DNA of 64,000 nt from an uncultured Eubacteriales bacterium. Its GTDB lineage: Bacteria > Bacillota > Clostridia > Oscillospirales > QAMX01. Below the pieces are notes generated by a model. It was not told the DNA's origin, did no database searches, and was given only the letters and a program-made list of their open reading frames with translations. Below are positions 1 through 11,200 of the stretch, in pieces. The stretch spans positions 205,332 through 269,331 of the forward strand of contig CAKTEH010000001.1 in assembly GCA_934546935.1 (NCBI GenBank), written 5' to 3'. Made by a program: the position numbers and the translations under genes. How positions within the stretch are numbered: position 1 is the first letter of the stretch; every line of letters begins with the position of its first letter.

Positions 1-375
1 AAATATGAGGTGCAGCTTTACCGCGATGGTGGCGGCGCGCTGGGTGAATTGAGCGTGATCTATCGTACCCAATCGGCTGTATTGATTGAGACGCTTACGG
101 GTTTTTTCAAGATCTGGGCGCAGTTGGAACGCAGCTATCTGCCCTCGCGCGGTGTGGCGGTCCCACAGTATGCCCTGTATGATAACCGATTTACCCGGAG
201 CTTTTCGGTTCCTCATGATAAAAATTACAACATCGAGGACATTGCCGGGGCAATTTCGAATTATATTAAGCTTTTTGACAGCTGTATGAAGCTGACGGTC
301 GGCGGCGGCACTACGATGAAGGAGCTGGAGCGCCGTTATTTAAGTTATTTAAAAACAGAACCTATCATTCTCTGA
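1..375 (+). CDS. 3' end of a hypothetical protein (gene starts upstream of the window)
   Basis: Frame 1 is open from base 1 to the TGA at 373-375. No family recognised from the C-terminal ~124 residues. Confidence 0.4.
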   Translation, partial: KYEVQLYRDGGGALGELSVIYRTQSAVLIETLTGFFKIWAQLERSYLPSRGVAVPQYALYDNRFTRSFSVPHDKNYNIEDIAGAISNYIKLFDSCMKLTVGGGTTMKELERRYLSYLKTEPIIL

Positions 376-442
376 ACTTGCATTTCAAAAGTGAAGCTCC
401 ACGGCAGCTGCCGTGGATGCGGAGAAACGGGAGGGTGAAACT

Positions 443-3046
443 ATGAATGCACAGAAATTTACGCAGAAAGCGCTGGAAACCATTAACCAGGCGCAGAATA
501 TTGCCATAGAGAACCATAATCAGGCGGTTACGCCGGAGCATTTGCTGTACGCGCTGCTCGACGCCGATGGAGGATTGATCCCTTCTTTGCTGCGCAGGCA
601 GGGGCTCGATCCGGATATGCTCCTTGGCGAACTGGATACAATTATTACGCAGCTGCCACAGGTAACGGGCTCTGGTATTGAGCCGGGGAAGATTTATATT
701 TCCACGGAAACGGAACGTATTTTGGTAGCAGCAGAGAAACTGGCCGAACGTGGGAAGGACGATTATGTCTCTGTAGAACATATTATGTTGGCGATTTTTG
801 ACCATCCGACCCCGGCGCTGCGTGATTTGTTCCGCCGCCGCGGAATAAGCCGGGAAGGCTTTTCCGCCGAACTTGCAAAGGTAAAGACCAGCCGCGTTAC
901 CAGCGACAATCCTGAAGCAACCTATGAAGCCTTGGAAAAATACGGTACCGACCTTGTCGCCCGGGCCCGTGACGGGAAGCTTGACCCGGTAATCGGCCGC
1001 GATACGGAAATCCGCAACGTTGTCCGGATCCTTTCGCGTAAAACAAAAAATAATCCAGTGGTCATCGGAGAACCCGGCGTCGGAAAGACGGCAATTGCCG
1101 AGGGGCTTGCCCAGCGTATTGTGCGCGGTGATGTGCCGGAGGGGTTAAAGGATAAAACGATTTTTGCGCTGGATATGGGCGCGCTAATTGCCGGCGCAAA
1201 ATTCCGCGGTGAATTTGAAGAGCGGCTTAAGGCGGTGCTTGAGGAGATTAAACGCAGCGAAGGAAAGATTATCCTGTTTATCGATGAAATTCACAATATC
1301 GTTGGCGCGGGGCGTACGGAGGGCTCGATGGATGCAGGGAATCTGCTGAAACCGATGCTGGCACGCGGGGAGCTGCATTGTATCGGCGCTACTACGCTGG
1401 ATGAATACCGCAAATATATTGAAAAGGATGCAGCTCTGGAACGCCGTTTCCAGCCGGTTATGGTGGATGAGCCGACCGTGGAGGATACGATTTCAATCCT
1501 GCGCGGCCTGAAGGAACGTTATGAAGTTTTCCACGGCGTACGGATCCATGATAATGCCTTGGTTGCAGCGGCAACGCTATCCGACCGCTATATTTCCGAC
1601 CGTTTCCTGCCGGATAAGGCGATTGACCTGGTCGATGAAGCCTGTGCGACGGTGCGTACAGAAATTGATTCAATGCCGGAAGAACTGGATACGATCCGCC
1701 GCCGGATTATGCAGTTGGAAATTGAGGAAATGGCGCTGAAAAAAGAGTCTGATGCGCTGTCCAGCCAACGGCTTGAGGCGCTGCGCGGTGAGCTGTCCGG
1801 GCTGAAAGATGAATTCAATGCTATGAAGAGCCGGTGGGAGGCGGAAAAGGCAGAGGTCGAAGAGGTCGGCCATATCAAAGAGGAAATTGAGCATACAAAT
1901 GCGGAAATTGAAGCAGCGCAGCGAAATTATGAATATGAAAAAGCCGCGAAGCTGAAATATTCCACGCTTCCGGAGCTGGAGAAACGTCTGGAGAAAGCGA
2001 CGGCCGAAAGTGAAGATAAGAAAAACAACAATACTCTGGTACACGATACGGTAACCGATACGGAAATTGCTGATATCGTCGCACGCTGGACAGGAATCCC
2101 GGTTTCAAAACTGATGGAAGGGGAGCGCGAGAAGATCCTGCATCTGGATGATGAAATCCATAAGCGTTTGATCGGGCAGGATGAGGCTGTACGGCTGGTC
2201 ACAGAAGCGATTATCCGTTCCCGGGCCGGCATTGCGGATCCCAAAAAGCCCATTGGCGCTTTCCTATTCCTTGGCCCTACTGGCGTTGGCAAGACGGAAC
2301 TTGCAAAAACGTTGGCTGCACAGCTTTTCGACGATGAGCACAATATGGTGCGTATCGATATGACCGAGTATATGGAAAAGTTCTCTGTATCCCGTCTTAT
2401 CGGCGCGCCTCCTGGATACGTCGGTTATGAAGAAGGCGGGCAGCTGACAGAAGCTGTACGCCGCAAACCATATTCCGTTGTGCTTTTCGACGAGATCGAA
2501 AAAGCCCATCCGGATGTGTTTAATATTTTGCTGCAGATCCTTGACGACGGCCGTGTGACAGACAGCCAGGGACGTACAGTCGATTTTAAAAACACCATTA
2601 TCATCCTAACTTCGAATCTCGGTTCACAGTATCTGCTTGATGGTATTACGGAATCCGGACAGGTTTCAGAACAAGCAAAAGCGGCGATTCATGCGCAGCT
2701 GCGAGAGGCGTTCCGTCCTGAATTTTTGAACCGCCTTGATGAGATTATTTTCTTTAATCCGTTGACCAAAGCCGATATTACCAAGATTATCGACATTCAG
2801 ATTGAAAACCTTTCCAAGCGGCTTGCTGACAAAATGGTAAAGCTGCATTTTACGGATGCGGCAAAGGAGCATATTATTGAAAATGGCTATGACCCGGTTT
2901 ATGGCGCGCGTCCGTTAAAGCGTTACCTGCAGGCAAAGGCGGAAACGCTCATTGCTAAAACGCTGCTTGGCGGCGAGCTGCATGCAGGAGCCACTATTGT
3001 TGTCGACAGTGGGGCCGACGGCCTGTTCTGCCGGGTAGAAGGGTAG
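443..3046 (+). CDS. clpB: ATP-dependent chaperone ClpB (two AAA+ modules with a coiled-coil middle domain)
   Basis: Clp N-domain ([16 protein letters not shown]). Walker A motifs GEPGVGKT and GPTGVGKT. Long coiled-coil insert between them. ATG at 443 follows RBS GGGAGGGTG; the ATG at 413 has no RBS. Confidence 0.95.
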   Translation: MNAQKFTQKALETINQAQNIAIENHNQAVTPEHLLYALLDADGGLIPSLLRRQGLDPDMLLGELDTIITQLPQVTGSGIEPGKIYISTETERILVAAEKLAERGKDDYVSVEHIMLAIFDHPTPALRDLFRRRGISREGFSAELAKVKTSRVTSDNPEATYEALEKYGTDLVARARDGKLDPVIGRDTEIRNVVRILSRKTKNNPVVIGEPGVGKTAIAEGLAQRIVRGDVPEGLKDKTIFALDMGALIAGAKFRGEFEERLKAVLEEIKRSEGKIILFIDEIHNIVGAGRTEGSMDAGNLLKPMLARGELHCIGATTLDEYRKYIEKDAALERRFQPVMVDEPTVEDTISILRGLKERYEVFHGVRIHDNALVAAATLSDRYISDRFLPDKAIDLVDEACATVRTEIDSMPEELDTIRRRIMQLEIEEMALKKESDALSSQRLEALRGELSGLKDEFNAMKSRWEAEKAEVEEVGHIKEEIEHTNAEIEAAQRNYEYEKAAKLKYSTLPELEKRLEKATAESEDKKNNNTLVHDTVTDTEIADIVARWTGIPVSKLMEGEREKILHLDDEIHKRLIGQDEAVRLVTEAIIRSRAGIADPKKPIGAFLFLGPTGVGKTELAKTLAAQLFDDEHNMVRIDMTEYMEKFSVSRLIGAPPGYVGYEEGGQLTEAVRRKPYSVVLFDEIEKAHPDVFNILLQILDDGRVTDSQGRTVDFKNTIIILTSNLGSQYLLDGITESGQVSEQAKAAIHAQLREAFRPEFLNRLDEIIFFNPLTKADITKIIDIQIENLSKRLADKMVKLHFTDAAKEHIIENGYDPVYGARPLKRYLQAKAETLIAKTLLGGELHAGATIVVDSGADGLFCRVEG

Positions 3047-3123
3047 TAGGTGAATCCGGATTTCAAGCGGTGTGTACATCCCCGGTACACACCGCTTTTT
3101 AAAAACGCTTTCCGAATTAATCC

Positions 3124-3152
3124 TTGACTTCCCACTGGAAATTGAGTATAAT
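3124..3152 (+). promoter_or_regulatory. sigma-A type promoter TTGACT-17-TATAAT upstream of tRNA-Ser
   Basis: TTGACT at 3124-3129, a 17-nt spacer, TATAAT at 3147-3152, about 37 nt before the tRNA 5' end. Confidence 0.45.
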
Positions 3153-3188
3153 AAACAATGTTTCTCGGTGTCGGGTGTCTGTTGATAT

Positions 3189-3277
3189 GGAGAGGTATCG
3201 AAGTGGTCATAACGGGGCTGACTCGAAATCAGTTTGCGCGCAAGCGCACATGGGTTCGAATCCCATCCTCTCCGCCA
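3189..3277 (+). tRNA. tRNA-Ser (anticodon CGA), class II with long variable arm, CCA encoded
   Basis: Acceptor stem GGAGAGG/CCTCTCC. Anticodon arm GCTGA-CTCGAAA-TCAGT. Long variable arm TTGCGCGCAAGCGCACA. T-arm GGGTTCGAATCCC. Ends in CCA. Confidence 0.9.
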
Positions 3278-3285
3278 AATGAAAA

Positions 3286-3317
3286 ACCCAGCTTCCATCT
3301 AGGAAGCTGGGTTTTTT
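3286..3317 (+). terminator. intrinsic terminator after tRNA-Ser
   Basis: Stem ACCCAGCTTCC / GGAAGCTGGGT with a 4-nt loop, followed by a T6 run. Confidence 0.7.
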
Positions 3318-3720
3318 GTGCTTGTAGCTGTATTTTTTGGTTTTCGGATTTGATTTTGCAGTATCAGATTTGAAAGCCGAAATGCACGATTGAAAACAAA
3401 AACGTAAATGAAAATCAGCTCTCAGGCTGATCCTGCTTATCTGAATTTACGTAGAAATTTTTCATAGCTGTTTCTGTTTTATATGGGCTTTTACGTCACA
3501 AATGCAGAGGCAATCTTAAATTGTGGGTATTCGTTGATTTTTATGGGCATTTGTTGGGCTGTTGGGTTTGATAGTTTGCTTTACTTGCCCATACTTGGGT
3601 ATAGGCAAATGCGGCTATCCATCTTCATATAAGCTTAAGACAATGCAGTTATTCGCAGGGAGGGGTGCACTATTTTTGCTTACTTGCGCCCTTTAAATGG
3701 ATGCCGGCGCGAATGACGAT

Positions 3721-4017
3721 TTATCTGATTTCACTTTTAAGAATTTTTTTACTGCCTAAATCAATTCCAAGCGCGCCAAGCGGGGCGGTTATCAAAATCC
3801 CGAGCATAGTAACCGAAAGGACGATATTTCCGCAGGAAAGCCCCATGGATAGAGGCACAGAACCGATAGCTGCCTGCACAGTTGCTTTCGGCAAATAAGC
3901 AATAATGCAAAAAAGCCGCTCTTTGGATGTAAGCGGCGTTGCGATAAGACAAATTGCAACGCCGGCAGCACGGAACGCCGGGGCAATAAATACCATTAAA
4001 GTCGGGACGATTGCCAT
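3721..4017 (-). pseudogene. C-terminal remnant (98 aa) of a CPA1-type cation:proton antiporter
   Basis: Only about the last three TM helices are present (..AYLPKATVQAAIGSVPLSMGL..ITAPLGALGID..). Full-length family members are about 400 aa. No RBS. The upstream part is replaced by an oppositely oriented terminator. Confidence 0.5.
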
Positions 4018-4020
4018 ATC

Positions 4021-4055
4021 GGGGTAAGCAAGGTACTGCTTGCCCCGGTTTTTTT
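4021..4055 (+). terminator. orphan plus-strand intrinsic terminator (no plus-strand gene upstream)
   Basis: GGGGTAAGCA-AGGTAC-TGCTTGCCCC (10 bp including one G-U pair that forms only in the plus-strand RNA), then GG and a T7 run. Confidence 0.55.
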
Positions 4056-4150
4056 GTGCGGACAGGCGTTTGGCTGGCGGTATGGGAGGTTTGTGTTCCT
4101 TGGAAAGCCGTGCTATACTGAAAACAATCTGAAAAACAGGAGTGTGTGGT

Positions 4151-5728
4151 ATGGTAAATCAAAGGGGACCGGCAGGCGTGCCGGTGGCAAACACTACGCA
4201 CGGGAAAGTAAGCGGGGAATATATTGGAGGCGCATCGGTTTTCCGTGGAATCCCTTATGGCGCGAGCTGCGCGGGTGCGGGCCGATTTATGCCGCCGAGG
4301 CCTGCCCCGGACTGGGAGGGTGTGCGTGCGTGTATCCACAATCCGCCGCTTTGCTGGCAGCCCGGCGCAAGCGTTGGCAATATTCCCGGCACACCGGGGG
4401 ATTATAATTGCGGCGGACGGCGCAGAATTTTCCATTTTACGATGCCGGAATATATGGATGAAGACTGCCTGACGGTGAATATCAATACTCCGGCGGTGGA
4501 TGGGAACCGCCGTCCAGTGCTTGTTTATATCCATGGCGGCGGTTTCAGCGACGGGTCCGGCATGATTGTGATCGGCGCAGACCGTTTTACGCTGGAAAAC
4601 GATCTGGTTGTTGTTGGCGTCAACCACCGGCTTAATGCATTCGGTTATTTGTATCTTGGAGCGCTGGATCCGGCATACGCGTCTTCTGGGACTGCCGGTA
4701 TGTTGGATCTTGTATTGGCGCTTACCTGGGTGCGGGATAATATTGCGGCTTTTGGCGGCGATCCGGGGAATGTCACGATTATGGGTGAGTCCGGGGGCGG
4801 TATGAAGATCAGCACGCTGCTTGCCATGCCGCAGGCACAGGGCCTGTTCCAGAAGGCAATTGTGGAAAGTGGTTCCGGCCCGGCTGGTACGGTTTCTACC
4901 CAAACAGCAGCTGAGCAGACGCTTGCCCTTCTCAGCGCGATGGGTATTGAGCAGGAAAACTGGAGGGATATCCTTAACTGCGCACCGTATTCAATCATTA
5001 AGGCGCTGAAGGCAAATCCGATCCGGCTCCAGCCGGTCGGCGATGATATCAACCTGCCGTTTAATCCAACGGGCGGATTCCGCAGCCCGCCTACTGCGCG
5101 TGATGTGGCCATTGTTATAGGCAGCAGCGAGGATGAATGGGCGAATATGTACAGCCGCTGGCCGGATCATGAGACGTTTTCCATGACGCGCCAGACCCTG
5201 CGCGATTATCTGTTGACCTGGCCCATGGAACGCATGGCCAACGGCGCCAAGACCGTCTGTACGCCGGAGAATGTTGACGCGGTGATTCAAGCGCTATATG
5301 ATACCGGCACACCCGGCTTGGATCCGGTGGATCAGTATTTCCGCGCTTTTGTCATGATGCGTATGGGCGGCGACGCTTTCCATGAAGCGATGGCTTATGC
5401 CTGCGATATGCTGCGGACGAAACCGGTATACCATTATCTTAATACTTATGATGCAACGTATCCGCGCATGCCTCAGCGTAAAGGCGCTTGGCACACGGCA
5501 GATCTTCCGCTGCAGTTCCGGCTGGTATATTATCCCTATATGGAGGAGATGTCAAAACGCTTTGCCGGCGCACTGGCGGCTTTTGTGCGCACAGGCAACC
5601 CTGCATTTGATGGGCTGCCCTGGCCGGAATACAGGCCGGATACCCGCCTGACCTTTATTTTTGATGAACGCTGCCACGTGGAAGCAGATCCGCGCCGGAA
5701 ACTGCGCGAGGCTTTGGAAAGCAAATAA
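4151..5728 (+). CDS. type-B carboxylesterase (para-nitrobenzyl esterase-like alpha/beta hydrolase)
   Basis: Oxyanion motif VYIHGGGF. Nucleophile elbow GESGGG. N-terminal pattern G.PYG. ATG at 4151 is preceded by AGGAG. Confidence 0.85.
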   Translation: MVNQRGPAGVPVANTTHGKVSGEYIGGASVFRGIPYGASCAGAGRFMPPRPAPDWEGVRACIHNPPLCWQPGASVGNIPGTPGDYNCGGRRRIFHFTMPEYMDEDCLTVNINTPAVDGNRRPVLVYIHGGGFSDGSGMIVIGADRFTLENDLVVVGVNHRLNAFGYLYLGALDPAYASSGTAGMLDLVLALTWVRDNIAAFGGDPGNVTIMGESGGGMKISTLLAMPQAQGLFQKAIVESGSGPAGTVSTQTAAEQTLALLSAMGIEQENWRDILNCAPYSIIKALKANPIRLQPVGDDINLPFNPTGGFRSPPTARDVAIVIGSSEDEWANMYSRWPDHETFSMTRQTLRDYLLTWPMERMANGAKTVCTPENVDAVIQALYDTGTPGLDPVDQYFRAFVMMRMGGDAFHEAMAYACDMLRTKPVYHYLNTYDATYPRMPQRKGAWHTADLPLQFRLVYYPYMEEMSKRFAGALAAFVRTGNPAFDGLPWPEYRPDTRLTFIFDERCHVEADPRRKLREALESK

Positions 5729-5767
5729 AAAATCTGCCAGGGACTTTGAGCCCTGGCAGATTTTTTT
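5726..5767. terminator. bidirectional terminator between the esterase and the P-type ATPase
   Basis: TCTGCCAGGG / CCCTGGCAGA stem flanked by an A-run and a T-run. Confidence 0.7.
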
Positions 5768-8195
5768 AAACATGACGGCGATGGTGAAGATGTCCTGAAA
5801 AGAACCTGCGCAATGCGTCGAACCAGACGGTGAACCGGTCCATAGCCGGATAAGCCAGCAACGCAAGAACGACTAAAACCAGCGTATCGCTCCAATGCAG
5901 TACCGACAGGGTAAAAAAGTCTTTCAGGAAGAAAAAGGAGACAGCGAATGCGGTGCTTACACCGGCTACCATGATCCGACGCAGCGTGTTGTAAGGGAGA
6001 CTCGTACGGTGTACCATTAAAAGGCCGACAATTCCGATCATAGCGGTGCAGATCGTCGATAACGCCCCTTCCTCAAGCTGAAAAGCAAGATAGAACAACA
6101 AAGCGCTGGTAATCAATACAAGGTCCGTAAATGCTGCTGGTAAGGCGCGGTAGAGAACGTTGGAGAGAAAGCGCCCTTCGACCCGGTTCTTGTTTGGCTC
6201 CATCGCCAGTACAAACGAAGGCAGGCCAATGGTCAGCGCGCTGACCAGGCTCAGCTGGGCAGGCGTAAAAGGGTAGGGAAGCGAGGCAAATAATGTGATA
6301 AATGCCAGGATAAAGGAAAAGATATTTTTAACCAGGTACAGCGACGCCGAACGTTCGATATTATTGATGACACGCCGGCCTTCTTCCACAACCGAAGGCA
6401 TAGAGGAAAAGTCGGAATTCAACAGGACGATGTGTGAAACCTGGCAGGCGACATCGCTGCCCGACGCCATAGCAATGGAGCAATTGGCGGCTTTGAGGGC
6501 GAGGACGTCATTGACGCCGTCACCAGTCATGGCGACCGTGTGCCCGGCTTCACGCATGGCGCTGACAAGCTCGCGTTTCTGTTCTGGCGTAACCCGTCCG
6601 AAAACGGTATATTGGCATGCCGCTTCACGTATTGCCTGCGTTGAGGTCAGTGTGCGCGCGTCAATCGCTTTGTCTGCATTGGGGATGCCGGCACGGCGCG
6701 CCACTTCACCAACAGTCGTCGGATTGTCGCCGGAGATAACTTTGACACATACGCCCTGCCCGGCAAAATAGGCAAAAGTCGCAGGAGCCTGCGGGCGCAC
6801 TTTGTTGTTCAGAAGGATCAGCGCAAGAGGCAGAAGCTGTGCATCTGGTTTCTCATCAGCCAGCGTACCGCTGTAGAGCGCAAGCAGAAGAACCCGGCAG
6901 CCCTTATGCGCATATTCGTCGATCTGGGAGGCGTAGGTTTCATAAACCGTGCCCAGCAGGATTTCTGGTGCGCCAAGCAGATAGGTTTCTTCGGGATCGA
7001 ACGAGACGCCTCCGTATTTCCTCGCGGAAGTAAATGGAAGCGTTTCAATCGCTTTCTGGTGCACAGTACCGGTGAAATAGCGGCGCAGCGCCGCCATTGT
7101 GTCGTTATCATCCTGCATGGCATAGACATAATCGGCCATAATCATACGGATATCCGAATCAATATAACGATCCTTACACAGCGGGATGACGTCCTCAACC
7201 ACCATTTTGCTTTCTGTGATCGTACCTGTCTTGTCTACGCATAGGGTATCTACCCGCGCTAACGTTTCAATACAGGCCAGGTCATGTACCAATGTTTTCT
7301 TCCTGGCCAAGCGCATTACGCCTGTCGCCAACGCAAGGCTTGTCAGCAGATAAAGGCCTTCCGGAATCATCCCGATGAGCGCTGCGACGGTGGAGGTCAC
7401 ACCGGTGGCGATATCCCGGTCAAGCCACACGATTTCCTTGACCGTCAGGATGATGCCAAAGGGGATTACAATTACGCCGATCCATTTGACAAGGCGGCTT
7501 AAAGCCTTCATCATTTCCGACTGCTGCGGCTTTTTAATGCTTTTGGCTTCCATTGTCAGCCGGGAAACGTAGGAATCGCGCCCGACAGCGGTAAGCTGTG
7601 CCCGGCAGGAACCGGAGACGACGAAACTTCCGGAAAGCAGCGGATCTCCCGGATTTTTCTGGATTTCATCGCTTTCCCCGGTAATCAGCGATTCATTGAC
7701 CTGGCAGCTGCCCTGCATGACAACTGCATCGGCGTAGATCTGGTTCCCTGCTGTGAAAATGACAATATCGTCGCGCACAGTTTTGGAAGCGTCAATCTGC
7801 AATTCCACACCGTCACGGATTACGGCCGCTTTGGGGGAAGAAAGGATGCTGAGTTTTGAAAGCGTTTTTTTCGCCCGAAGCTCCTGAAAGATTCCGATGC
7901 CGATATTGGCCAATACGATGGCCATGAAGGTCAGATTGCGCCAGGAACCGACTGCGATGAGCGCAGCGGCAAGAATGAAAAAAACGAGGTTGAAGTAAGT
8001 GAAGATATTGGAAACAAGAATCTGCCGGAAGGTTTTTACAGGCGGCTCGACCGTTTCATTCAGGCAACCGCCGCGCATGCGTTCCATTACCTGCTGCGCT
8101 GAAAGCCCCTCGTTGGGATCTGCTACAACAGGCGCAGGGCCGGAGTGTACAGGTTCTTCCGCTGCATGGACTGGATGCTTCTGCTTCATAAACAT
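5766..8195 (-). CDS. cation-translocating P-type ATPase (HAD superfamily, Ca2+/Mg2+-type)
   Basis: Motifs TGESDEI, DKTGTITE (phosphorylated Asp) and TGDGVNDVLALKAAN. Multiple TM helices at both ends. Confidence 0.9.
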   Translation of the reverse strand: MFMKQKHPVHAAEEPVHSGPAPVVADPNEGLSAQQVMERMRGGCLNETVEPPVKTFRQILVSNIFTYFNLVFFILAAALIAVGSWRNLTFMAIVLANIGIGIFQELRAKKTLSKLSILSSPKAAVIRDGVELQIDASKTVRDDIVIFTAGNQIYADAVVMQGSCQVNESLITGESDEIQKNPGDPLLSGSFVVSGSCRAQLTAVGRDSYVSRLTMEAKSIKKPQQSEMMKALSRLVKWIGVIVIPFGIILTVKEIVWLDRDIATGVTSTVAALIGMIPEGLYLLTSLALATGVMRLARKKTLVHDLACIETLARVDTLCVDKTGTITESKMVVEDVIPLCKDRYIDSDIRMIMADYVYAMQDDNDTMAALRRYFTGTVHQKAIETLPFTSARKYGGVSFDPEETYLLGAPEILLGTVYETYASQIDEYAHKGCRVLLLALYSGTLADEKPDAQLLPLALILLNNKVRPQAPATFAYFAGQGVCVKVISGDNPTTVGEVARRAGIPNADKAIDARTLTSTQAIREAACQYTVFGRVTPEQKRELVSAMREAGHTVAMTGDGVNDVLALKAANCSIAMASGSDVACQVSHIVLLNSDFSSMPSVVEEGRRVINNIERSASLYLVKNIFSFILAFITLFASLPYPFTPAQLSLVSALTIGLPSFVLAMEPNKNRVEGRFLSNVLYRALPAAFTDLVLITSALLFYLAFQLEEGALSTICTAMIGIVGLLMVHRTSLPYNTLRRIMVAGVSTAFAVSFFFLKDFFTLSVLHWSDTLVLVVLALLAYPAMDRFTVWFDALRRFFSGHLHHRRHV

Positions 8196-8267
8196 ATCGC
8201 TCCCTGTTTCAGAAATTCATAAATACATTTCCGGATTTAGAAGCTGTACTTTGCCTTTGTGGGAAGG

Positions 8268-11200
8268 TTAAAGCATAGCAGCGGGGATAGAACTGGAAAT
8301 GCGGTTTTCCGCTGGGTTTTGCCCGGAAGGGGCGTCTTGCGGGCAGGCGTTTTTTATGTTTTTGTCCGCGGCGACAGAGAAGAGGCTGCGCAGGCGGATC
8401 TTTACGGCGCCCATGTTGGAAATCTCATCGATTTTGATCTGGGTATAGATTTTGCCTGCATTTTCCAGAATAGACCGGGTTTCATCCGACGTGATTGCGT
8501 CGAGCCCGCAGCCAAAGGAAACAAGCTGGACAAGATTGACGTCCGGGCCCTGCTGGGCGACGAATTTCGCCGCGGCATAAAGCCTGGCGTGATATGTCCA
8601 TTGGTTACGCACGGATACGGGGAATTTCTCTACCTGTGCGCTGACGCTGTCTTCACTGACAACGACGGCGCCAAGCTGGCAGAGCAGTTCGTCAATGCCA
8701 TGGTTAACCTCGGGATCCAAATGATAGGGCCGTCCGGCCAGAACGATAACGGGAAGCTGCTTTTTGCGAGCGGCTGAAAGGTACTGCGCGCCTGTACGGC
8801 GTATGTCATCCAGATATGCGTCGTAAGCTGCATAAGCTGCTTTGGCGGCATTTTGGATTTCCTTGAGCGGCCGCGCAGGGAAATATTGATCCAGAATCTG
8901 TTTACAGCGCGCAGGGAAACGGCGGCGGGCATGCAGGCTGATGAAATCACAGATAAAGACAGTTTCCTTCAACGCACGCATATTCGCGCGAATCACCTGC
9001 GGGTAATAGGCAACGACTGGGCAGTTGAAATGCTGGTCCCCGAGATGCTCGTCGATATTATAACTCATATCCGGGTAAAAGATCGCATCGACGTTTTCGT
9101 TAAGCAACGCCTGGATATGCCCGTGCATGAGCTTGGCCGGGTAGCAGACCGTATCCGAGGGGATGGTGGCCTGGCCCGCCAGGTAGAGCTGGCGGCTGGA
9201 AACCGGGGAGACTGCGACATTAAACCCAAGGGCGTCAAAAAAGGTATACCAGAAGGGCAGGAGCTCATAAAAGTTCAACCCCATTGGCAGGCCGATGGTC
9301 AGCCTGCCTGGGATATGCTTGTTCTCTTTATATTTTGCCAATAATGCGTTTTTATAAGCAAAAAGATTAAAGTGTTCCCGGGCCTGCGGCAGCTTCAGGG
9401 GTTTATCACAGCGGTTTCCCGCTATATAGCGGTCTTTTCCGCCAAAGGTGTTGAGTGTCAGGCGGCAGTGGTTGCTGCATCCGGAACAGGTAAATGCGTG
9501 TGTTTCGTGCCGGAAGCTGTGCAAAGCTTGTGCGTCCAGCAGGGTACTGCGGCTATGCGAGGCACTGTGTTCCAGCGCATAAAGCGCTGCGCCGTATGCG
9601 CCCATCAAAGCTGCATAGCGCGGCCGGATAACCTCGCGGCCGGTTTCCTGCTCGAATGCACGCAGGACCGCGTCATTTAAAAATGTGCCGCCCTGGACGA
9701 CGATATGCTCCCCAAGCGCCGAGGTGTCTGCACAGCGGATGACCTTGTACAGCGCGTTTTTGACAACGCTGATGGACAGCCCCGCAGAGATACAGCCGAC
9801 GCTTGCGCCGTCTTTCTGGGCCTGTTTGACGGAACTGTTCATAAATACCGTGCAGCGTGAACCTAGGTCCACAGGCTTTTCAGCAAATAAACCAAGCTTT
9901 GAGAACGAGTCAATGTCATAGCCCAACGCAGCGGCAAAGGTCTGCAAAAAGGACCCGCAGCCGGAAGAACAGGCTTCATTGAGGAAAATGTTGTCAATTG
10001 CGCCGTTTTTTATCTGGAAGCACTTGATATCCTGTCCGCCGATGTCAAGGATGAAATCCACATCCGGCCGGAATTTCTTTGCAGCGGTATAATGCGCGAT
10101 GGTCTCAACGATGCCGAAATCCGCATGGAAGGCACAGCGTATGATATCCTCGCCGTAACCGGTTACCGCGCATGCACGGATATGGATATCCGGAAAATCC
10201 CGGTAAAGCTTTTCCAGATAATCCCGGACAAGCGGGACGGGGTTTGCATGGTTCGAGCTGTAAAAAGGCCGGAAAATATTACCGTCCCGGTCACAAAGCA
10301 GGAGCTTGACGGTTGTTGAACCTGCATCGATGCCGAGGAACATTTCCCCGTGCGGGATGTCGATTTCGCGGATTCCTGCGGAGGCCTGTTCGTGCCTTTT
10401 GCAGAAGGCTGCATATTGTGCTTCATCGGTAAACAGCCGTGTGCACCCTGCGTAGCTTTCATGCGGTGTGTAGCCGAGAATCTGTCCGGCAAGCGTCTCC
10501 AGATCAACCCCTGCGCCCTGCGCACTGGCGGCATAGGCTGCGCCCAGGGCGACAAAGTACAGGGAGTTTTCCGGGCAGATGCCCTGCGTACCCAGCGCAT
10601 CGTCAAAACTCGCACGCAGCTGCGGCAGGAAGGTCAGCGGCCCGCCGAGATACAGGATCCGTCCGGCAACTTCCCGTCCCTGTGCAAGGCCGGAAATGGT
10701 TTGGTTGACAACTGCATAGAAAATACTCGCGGCGACGTCCTCGCGACGTGCGCCCTGGTTCAAAAGGGGCTGCACGTCTGATTTTGCAAATACCCCGCAG
10801 CGCGACGCGATGGTATAGATTTTCTCATGCCCTGAGGCAAGCGCATCCATTGCATCGGGCGTGACATCCATCAAAGATGCCATCTGATCGATAAATGCAC
10901 CCGTGCCTCCGGCACAGGTGCCATTCATCCGCACCTCGAGACCGCCGCTCAAAAACAGGATTTTTGCATCTTCTCCGCCAAGTTCGATTACCACGTCGGT
11001 CTGCGGCGCAAGATATCCGACGGCGAGACGCGTAGCATAAACCTCCTGGACAAATGGGATGGAGAATTCACTGGCCATGCCCATCCCGGCAGATCCGGCG
11101 ACAGATACCGCCATCGGTTCGCCGGGGAAGCGCGCGGCAACATCGCGCAGCAGCTGCGCTGTCTGCACGAGGATTTTTGATAAGTGCCGTGCATAGCTTG

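Noticed and set aside
376-442. CtsR or CIRCE heat-shock operator upstream of clpB
   Set aside because: Neither the GGTCAAA direct repeat nor the TTAGCACTC-N9-GAGTGCTAA inverted repeat is present. Only the unrelated palindrome at 399-416 was found.
2915-3298. ORFs (127 aa, 95 aa, 71 aa) covering the tRNA-Ser region
   Set aside because: They overlap a canonical tRNA, its promoter and its terminator. They are not coding.
3761-4903. 380-aa minus-strand ORF overlapping the carboxylesterase gene
   Set aside because: It is antisense to a gene with clear catalytic motifs. The translation is Arg/Cys/His/Pro-rich low complexity, typical of shadow ORFs in GC-rich coding DNA. It has no RBS.
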